Virus record (IMG/VR): IMGVR_UViG_3300031541_000012
Coordinates: 25,494-89,493 of that record
DNA from: a virus
Reading direction: 5' to 3' (one strand)
DNA length: 64,000 bases
Below the pieces are notes generated by a model, which did not search any database, had not been told where the DNA came from, and saw only the letters and a list, made by a program, of their open reading frames with translations. A program made the translations under genes and the position numbers. Shown here piece after piece: positions 57,935 to 64,000 of this stretch. Each line of letters starts with the position of its first letter. Positions within the stretch are counted from its first letter, which is position 1.

Positions 57935-58123
57935 ATGGAAAATCCAGATCGCTTCCTAAGCGACTGCAACCATTATAGTGAAGAACTTGGTAAAGATTAT
58001 CGCCGTCTTTATCAACTGAAGGAGGACGGGGCAACCGAGCCCCAAATCCGTGAAGCAAAGGCGAAAATAAAAGCCGATAAACGTCGTCTCAAGAACGTGA
58101 TACACAATCACAGGACGAAATAA
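57935..58123 (+). CDS. hypothetical protein
   Basis: GGAG RBS. Confidence 0.5.
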   Translation: MENPDRFLSDCNHYSEELGKDYRRLYQLKEDGATEPQIREAKAKIKADKRRLKNVIHNHRTK

Positions 58124-58331
58124 GGCGGATAAAAGAGCTATGCGAATACAACACAATTTTTCTCAAAGATACTCAAACTGGTAAACACCAGACTAAGTTG
58201 ACGGTTTTGAGGCGTGTGTTATTACATTTGATATACTCGAGGCATTGGATCTCCTGGAAGCGGAAGTTTACAGAGACCGAGACTTTTCAATTGTAAATGA
58301 AATGTTGGAAGCCTATCATAGGGGCATTATC

Positions 58332-58688
58332 ATGAAGAAACTTATTTTTACATTACCATTGCTAGCGTTAGCGGCATGTGGCGGCGACAAGGTATACTCT
58401 GGCTTTGGTGTTGCAGACAATGGCAGCACAGTATCAGGACAAGTTGTCGATTATGGTCGCGAAATTTCCTATGAATTTACATTACCACAGCAATACCATT
58501 GCAGCTCTGGTCGTATACGTGAGCCGCGCAACAAACGACTCATGGACGATGTATTAGTGTCATGTGTTGGTGTAGGTTACGGGGTCTTAGTCCTGTCGTA
58601 TGTTGAATTTGATCGTCAGCTGGTAGGTCAGTGGTCTTTAAACGATGGACGTAAAGGCTACGTCATATTCGAAAACTACAAGCTATGA
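58332..58688 (+). CDS. putative lipoprotein
   Basis: MKKLIFTLPLLALAAC lipobox. Confidence 0.65.
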   Translation: MKKLIFTLPLLALAACGGDKVYSGFGVADNGSTVSGQVVDYGREISYEFTLPQQYHCSSGRIREPRNKRLMDDVLVSCVGVGYGVLVLSYVEFDRQLVGQWSLNDGRKGYVIFENYKL

Positions 58689-58981
58689 GCAATTATGAAC
58701 CCGTTCCACCTGGGCCAATACCATCTGGTCAAGACTGGGGTGAAGAAACACTTATTAGAGATATGCGTGAGCGCGGCTATCATTATTATGTGCAGTTCGC
58801 TGAACGATCTAATATGGATTCAGGTCGAATCCACAAGACTGATGAATGTATGGCTTGGCTCGTAGCACAAGGATGGCAGCGGTTCGAAGATTGGAATTGG
58901 ATAGGCGGCCGTTTCTACTATGAGTTTGCCTTCAAAGATGAAGAAGTCGCAATGATGTTCAAACTGGCACATGGCAGATGA
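58685..58981 (+). CDS. small protein, KL-motif family
   Basis: Ends FAFKDEEVAMMFKLAHGR. Confidence 0.7.
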   Translation: MSNYEPVPPGPIPSGQDWGEETLIRDMRERGYHYYVQFAERSNMDSGRIHKTDECMAWLVAQGWQRFEDWNWIGGRFYYEFAFKDEEVAMMFKLAHGR

Positions 58982-59144
58982 CTCCACAACAGCATGATTT
59001 ACTAGTTCGAATGAATGCATTAACCATCATGAAGCGGAATGGGTTGTGGAATGATAAGATGCAAGTTGAATGGGATGAGCTTGAAGTAATGAAAAAATTG
59101 TCGATTCAGTTGACAAACAAGGATAAGTAAAGCATAATAAACAC

Positions 59145-60143
59145 ATGACATATATTATCGTAGACGCAGCCAACATGTTCCATCGCGCCAAGCACGTCGT
59201 GCGCGGCGACATTGACATGAAAGTTGGTATGGCAATGCACATTATTTTTTCCAGCATTAACAAATGCTGGCGCGACCTCGGCGGCACACATGTTGTGGTT
59301 TGTTTTGATGGTCGCAGTTGGCGTAAGGACTTCTATGCACCGTACAAAGCACAACGTCGTGCTAAACGCGCTGAAATGAGTCCTGGTGAGGTTGAAGACG
59401 ACCGCGCATTTTTCGATGCGTTCGACGCCTTTCGAGACTTCCTACATGACAAAACTAATGTTACTGTTTTGCAAGCACCGGGCTGTGAAGCGGATGATTT
59501 CATTGCTCGGTGGATACAGTCGCATCCACAAGATGAACATATCATCGTGTCCAGTGACAGTGACTTCTACCAACTTATTAGTGACAACGTTAAGCAATAT
59601 AACGGTATCACGAATCAACTCATATCAATTGACTCTATTGTCGATGACAAGGGGCGGCCTGTCATTGACAAGAAGACGGGCGAGCCGAAAACTATAGGTG
59701 ATCCAGCCTGGCTGCTGTTTGAAAAGTGTATCCGTGGTGATACAAGCGACAACATCTTTAGCGCATACCCTGGTGCGCCCAAGAAAGGTACCAAGAACAG
59801 AATCGGCATGTTGCAGGCATTTGAAGACCGTGAGGGCATGGGCTTTAACTGGAACAACTTTATGTTGCAGACCTGGGTTGATCACGAGGGTGTTGAGCAT
59901 CGTGTACGTGACGACTATCAGCGCAACGTCAAGCTTATCGACCTCACTGCACAGCCTGACGACATTAAAGAACTACTTGACGCGGCCATTGTTGAAGCCG
60001 TACAAACAGAACCCAAGAAGCAAGTTGGCATTAGCCTTATGCGGTTCTGTGGCGCGAATAATCTAGTTCGCGTTAGCGATCATGCAGACGATCATGCTCG
60101 CTACCTAGGAGCAAGTTATGCCCAAAAAGTTGAGAGCCGTTGA
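59145..60143 (+). CDS. rnh: T4 RNase H-like 5'-3' exonuclease
   Basis: IVDAAN, FDGRSWRK, EADD, SSDSDFYQL, GDTSDNI. Confidence 0.92.
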   Translation: MTYIIVDAANMFHRAKHVVRGDIDMKVGMAMHIIFSSINKCWRDLGGTHVVVCFDGRSWRKDFYAPYKAQRRAKRAEMSPGEVEDDRAFFDAFDAFRDFLHDKTNVTVLQAPGCEADDFIARWIQSHPQDEHIIVSSDSDFYQLISDNVKQYNGITNQLISIDSIVDDKGRPVIDKKTGEPKTIGDPAWLLFEKCIRGDTSDNIFSAYPGAPKKGTKNRIGMLQAFEDREGMGFNWNNFMLQTWVDHEGVEHRVRDDYQRNVKLIDLTAQPDDIKELLDAAIVEAVQTEPKKQVGISLMRFCGANNLVRVSDHADDHARYLGASYAQKVESR

Positions 60144-60594
60144 AACGATTCCTGGCAAACTGTGGATCACTTACGATACCACTGGTGGAAAAAGCGGAAC
60201 ACTAACTAAACAAAGCGATAACGATTGGTTATGGCTACGCACTGGTAAGCAACCCCTATCCTTAAATGAGTCAGATGCCAATGACATGTTTGATCTTGAA
60301 GAAAAGGCTGAACTGAGCAGTTGGCACCAAGAGCATGTCCTTGGTTATCCTGTTATCAAAATCGAGACGTTTAAGACACAAGAGAAAGAAAATCTTCCTT
60401 GCTTCACCAAGACGCCACAGAGTAAGGTATTCTTTGCCGCTGGCTACTATGGTATCAACTTTGATAACGGCGGCTGGATGGAAAGCTTTTGTCCCAAGCT
60501 AGCGACCCTACGCAAATATGAATACATGGGGCCATTCAAGACAGAAACTGACATGCAGATAGCAATACAAAGGAAGAAGCGCAGTTATGAGTAA
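60118..60594 (+). CDS. hypothetical protein
   Basis: AGYY..FCPKL..GPFKT. Confidence 0.65.
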   Translation: MPKKLRAVETIPGKLWITYDTTGGKSGTLTKQSDNDWLWLRTGKQPLSLNESDANDMFDLEEKAELSSWHQEHVLGYPVIKIETFKTQEKENLPCFTKTPQSKVFFAAGYYGINFDNGGWMESFCPKLATLRKYEYMGPFKTETDMQIAIQRKKRSYE

Positions 60595-60820
60595 ACCCAA
60601 GGTAACTGGTTTCCTCAGTGTTTTCGAAGCAAAGCTAGACAAGCTACTTGGAAAAATCAAAGCCGAATATGAAAAGCCTAAAGCAGAACGCAATAAATCC
60701 TCACTCAAGGACATGGCAAAAGAAGCCAAGAAGATGCGAAAGCTTGTTAATGAGCTCAAGGCGGAAGTCAGGGTAGAGTGTAATTGCCCTGCATGTGGAC
60801 ACAAGTTCAAGTTAAAATAA
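60587..60820 (+). CDS. small protein with C-terminal CPACG
   Basis: Coiled coil plus Cys motif. Confidence 0.6.
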   Translation: MSKPKVTGFLSVFEAKLDKLLGKIKAEYEKPKAERNKSSLKDMAKEAKKMRKLVNELKAEVRVECNCPACGHKFKLK

Positions 60821-60927
60821 TGTGGAAGTATCACGCAATAGGTATTGCTTTAGGTTTGTGCATTTTTGCGCTGGCTTTTATACTACTTTAATTCTCCTGT
60901 CTAGCTAAATAGTTAAAGCTAGACTTA

Positions 60928-61266
60928 ATGGAGAATGATATGGCGCGGCCAAAACCAACAGTGTTACTGGAACACACTGATCAAAGCTTTCGCAGCGAAC
61001 AGATACTTGACGCAGACGCAATTTATGCAGTGTTTTACCAGGGAACACCTATCAACCTAAAAAGCTTCAACAGTCTAGTTGACAGCCCAGGAGCCAAATA
61101 CAAAAAGACCAGCTTCAGCAATCCTGGTCATGCATTCAACTTATGCGAAAGATTGAACACAAAGTTCAACACAAACGAATTTACGGTGGAGAAACTTGTC
61201 AGCGGTGAACGAATCGAAGAAGATTTTGACCGAGGAGATTACAGCTTGGCTCAAAAACGAGCTTAA
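60928..61266 (+). CDS. hypothetical late protein
   Basis: TAAATA upstream; MARPKPTVLLE..FSNPGHA. Confidence 0.7.
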   Translation: MENDMARPKPTVLLEHTDQSFRSEQILDADAIYAVFYQGTPINLKSFNSLVDSPGAKYKKTSFSNPGHAFNLCERLNTKFNTNEFTVEKLVSGERIEEDFDRGDYSLAQKRA

Positions 61267-61570
61267 TAACTGTACTGACCCTACACTACAACTCTTCAAA
61301 CAACGTGATTACAAAGTAAACGACTATTTCCACCAACCTGATAGTCTGCGTCTCCGTGCAGCGGGTTACCAACTACTCAAACAATTTTTTGACCACGAAG
61401 AATTCAAGCACGATAGGGAATTCTACACAGGCGAAATCCTGACACTCAGTCAGCATATGAACGCGCCTTTCTACATCAACCGTGAAAAAATCATACTCTT
61501 CCATCAAGAACACATAGTGATGTGTAAAATTGCAGGAAGCGTGGCACTTTGGCTGAATAATTTTCCTTGA
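61196..61570 (+). CDS. hypothetical protein, divergent KL motif (start uncertain)
   Basis: ILFHQEHIVMCKIAGS. Confidence 0.55.
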   Translation: MSAVNESKKILTEEITAWLKNELNNCTDPTLQLFKQRDYKVNDYFHQPDSLRLRAAGYQLLKQFFDHEEFKHDREFYTGEILTLSQHMNAPFYINREKIILFHQEHIVMCKIAGSVALWLNNFP

Positions 61571-61843
61571 CCATCCGCGCGGAACCGTGTATCTTGCAAT
61601 AAATATCAGCACACGCAAATGGGTGTATAACACGGAGAAGCAAGATGAGCGCAGAAACAACCTTCACTAACTTTGCCAAAGGGTTGGTTCCATCCAAGGA
61701 AAGCGTCGATCCTGAAACTCTACGAAAGGCACGAGACTGGTATCGAAAGTTTGCCGGACCTCATGCAGTTACGATGGATGATCGTGATCTAGTGGACATT
61801 TACCGAGACCTCCACTAACCCGCTGGAAACACTAAAAAGAAAG

Positions 61844-61866
61844 CTGCCCTTTTTGGGCAGTTTTTT
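61844..61866 (+). terminator. rho-independent terminator
   Basis: CTGCCC/GGGCAG hairpin plus T run. Confidence 0.75.
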
Positions 61867-61867
61867 C

Positions 61868-61918
61868 TTGACCATCCAAAGCGTTTTGCTTATATTGGTA
61901 ATTGTGTAAGCAAAGGAG
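61868..61918 (+). promoter_or_regulatory. early promoter
   Basis: TTGACC-17-TATATT then TAAGCAAAGGAG. Confidence 0.78.
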
Positions 61919-61924
61919 ATAAAC

Positions 61925-62101
61925 ATGCAAGTTAAAGTTTTCATCCGCAAAGACAATTGGACCCCCAGCAAGCCTTGGACTGCTGACCTCGAAATGGACG
62001 GCAACCTGTTCCGCAGCTGGATCTCCAACTTCCGGACCAAGCGGGCACTGCTTGCAGAGGTCAATGCAGTTGCACCCAACGCTGAGATCGAATATGCGTA
62101 A
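61925..62101 (+). CDS. small early protein (58 aa, not in ORF track)
   Basis: Directly after promoter and RBS. Confidence 0.6.
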   Translation: MQVKVFIRKDNWTPSKPWTADLEMDGNLFRSWISNFRTKRALLAEVNAVAPNAEIEYA

Positions 62102-62290
62102 GTTTAACGTCGTTACTGATTACCGCTGCGGCTACTTTGGTGGAAGTCATTACGTGATTGAAGCCGAGTCAGCCTTGGCTGCGAAACGTGAAGCTATGCG
62201 GCGCGCGCCAGGAAATTATTGATAATCCTAAAATTTCAAATCATGTTGCTGATACGACAACAATGACAGCGGTAGCGCAGGAAATCAAAG

Positions 62291-62527
62291 ATGTCTGATC
62301 GCGAAAAGCTCATCGAAGATATGGCAATGGAGATCGAACGTGTAAGCGTCGGCACCGCCCAGTTTTGGACCGAAGAGCAAATGCAAATCTGGTGCTACCA
62401 CGACCGCTACGGGGTCAAGAGCTTTGCTGCCGCCAAGCGCCAAGCTGAAGCTGCCCTTGCTGTCGTTGAAATGCGCCAGAAAAAAAACTTTCTAAAATGT
62501 GTTGACAAAGCTTGCTCGTTATCGTAA
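62291..62527 (+). CDS. hypothetical protein
   Basis: AGGA RBS. Confidence 0.55.
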   Translation: MSDREKLIEDMAMEIERVSVGTAQFWTEEQMQIWCYHDRYGVKSFAAAKRQAEAALAVVEMRQKKNFLKCVDKACSLS

Positions 62528-62571
62528 GCTGAACACATTAGAACACTAGCCACACAGACCAGGAGTTAGAC

Positions 62572-63684
62572 ATGGCGACTACAGTTGAACAGCACCAGGT
62601 ACGCCTACCTGAAGCGAAAAAGTACATCAAGCACGCCGCAGTGAAGCGCAAGCGTCCGGTGTTTATTTGGGGGCCGCCGGGCGTTGGTAAATCCGACGTT
62701 GTCGAATCCATTGTGAGCGACGCCCTTGCAGTCGGCAAAGACGCCGTGCTCTACGACATGCGCCTTAGCATGTGTGAGCCTACCGACATTATGGGCATCC
62801 CCTACTTTGACAGCACTGAAGGCACAATGAAGTGGGCGCCGCCGGCTCTGCTTCCCAAGCCTGAAGATGGCGAACGCGATCTTGTCGTCCTGTTCCTAGA
62901 CGAAATGAACGGTGCCGCTCCGGCGGTGCAGGCGGCTGCATACCAGCTGATCCTCAACCGCCGTGTTGGCGAATACAAGCTGCCTGACAACGTTGCTGTT
63001 GTCGCTGCTGGTAACCGTGAAACTGACAAGGGCGTTACTTACCGTATGCCCAAGCCGCTCAGCAACCGCTTCATCCACTTTGAAGTCAAAGTTCACTTTG
63101 ATGACTGGGTTGAGTGGGCGACTGACAACGGTGTTGTCGCTGACGTGGTTGGTTACCTGACCGCTAAGAAGGACCACCTTTGGAAGTTTGACGCCAAGAG
63201 CCCGGATCACGCTTTCCCGACTCCGCGTTCCTGGGTGTTTGTTTCCGACATCCTCAAGGACAGTGATGACTTCACTGAAGGCGAGATCACTGACATGGTG
63301 ATCGGTACCATCGGCCAAGGTCACGCGATTAGCTTTGCTGCACACCGCAAGACCAGTGCCTTGCTGCCGGATCCCACACTGATCCTTAAGGGTCAGGTCA
63401 AGGAGCTCAAAACCAATGAGATCTCCGCAATGTATTCCCTGGCAACCAGCCTGGCATACGAGCTCAAGGCACAGAGCGAAGAGATTGGCCGCAGCATCGA
63501 CGACGCTAAGATGCAGGAGTACATCAATAACACGATTGGCTTCTGGATGGCGCACTTCGAGCCTGAGATGGTTGTGATGAGCTTCCGTATGGTGATCAAG
63601 TACAAAATCACAATCGACATGAAGCGCCTGAGCAACTGGAAAGAGTTCTACAAGCGTTATGGCACCCTGGTCCGTGCTGCGTAA
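62572..63684 (+). CDS. MoxR-like AAA+ ATPase
   Basis: WGPPGVGKS, LFLDEMN, AAGNR, NRFIH, TPRSW. Confidence 0.9.
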   Translation: MATTVEQHQVRLPEAKKYIKHAAVKRKRPVFIWGPPGVGKSDVVESIVSDALAVGKDAVLYDMRLSMCEPTDIMGIPYFDSTEGTMKWAPPALLPKPEDGERDLVVLFLDEMNGAAPAVQAAAYQLILNRRVGEYKLPDNVAVVAAGNRETDKGVTYRMPKPLSNRFIHFEVKVHFDDWVEWATDNGVVADVVGYLTAKKDHLWKFDAKSPDHAFPTPRSWVFVSDILKDSDDFTEGEITDMVIGTIGQGHAISFAAHRKTSALLPDPTLILKGQVKELKTNEISAMYSLATSLAYELKAQSEEIGRSIDDAKMQEYINNTIGFWMAHFEPEMVVMSFRMVIKYKITIDMKRLSNWKEFYKRYGTLVRAA

Positions 63685-63707
63685 GGGCACCTAGTCCTTA
63701 CTTACTT

Positions 63708-63734
63708 GGCGGGGTCATTTGGTCCCGCCCTTTT
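63708..63734 (+). terminator. rho-independent terminator
   Basis: GGCGGG/CCCGCC hairpin plus T run. Confidence 0.6.
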
Positions 63735-64000
63735 GATATGAACCAAACTGAACCACTCCGCACAGTTAGATCGCGACTATGGGAAGCTAAATTTCCCGGC
63801 TGCACTGATGACTTTCTGGAAGTGTTTGGCTCGCGAGAGCCCACAGTCAAACAAGTCAGTCTGTGGAAACAATCTTGGTTTGAAGATACTCCCAACACGT
63901 TTTTAATAGGAAATCTGCGGGCAGCGGATATTTTCAATGCCAACGCAAACGTCAAAGAACGTATTCATACGCTCGCAGATCAATGTGGCATCCATCCATA

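Noticed and set aside
62896-63690. Long antisense ORFs (e.g. 264 aa opposite the AAA ATPase, 195 aa at 26961, 176 aa at 15749)
   Set aside because: Shadows of well-supported + strand genes, with no motifs
1-64000. Bacterial chromosome or prophage (clpP, metK, folE, gmhA, infA present)
   Set aside because: T4-like replisome, TAAATA late promoters, spanins, dense small ORFs, and no integrase or bacterial operon context indicate a lytic phage
1-64000. tRNA, rRNA or CRISPR arrays
   Set aside because: No cloverleaf with a T-loop in intergenic space and no regularly spaced direct repeats seen by eye; tRNAscan was not run

Overview
This window is part of a large lytic dsDNA tailed phage genome with a T4-like (jumbo myovirus type) gene set. 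Genes are densely packed and almost all on the + strand. The host is probably Gram-negative (spanin pair); an alphaproteobacterium is a weak inference from the IF-1, MetK and Fe-S genes. Replication genes: split topoisomerase II, family B polymerase, sliding clamp, clamp loader, RNase H, DnaE fragment. Other recognisable genes: ClpP, ClpA, DnaJ, GroES, IF-1, peptide deformylase, PhoH, UvsE, thymidine kinase, MetK, Fe-S proteins, spanins, amidase, and two free-standing homing endonucleases. The main candidate new system is a DNA hypermodification locus next to the polymerase and clamp. It combines 7-deazaguanine genes (folE, queD, queE, DpdL-like T-fold protein, DpdA/TGT-like enzyme) with a glycosyltransferase and a complete GDP-heptose pathway (gmhA, hddC-gmhB, hddA). 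The TGT-like enzyme ends in the same clamp-binding tail as the polymerase. Other notable signals: a preQ1-I-like RNA before queD, about 15 small proteins sharing a C-terminal KL motif around clpP/clpA, head polyproteins with prohead-protease sites, promoters embedded in RBS-occluding hairpins, and a stand-alone HigA-like peptide. All assignments come from motif recognition by eye; no searches were run.
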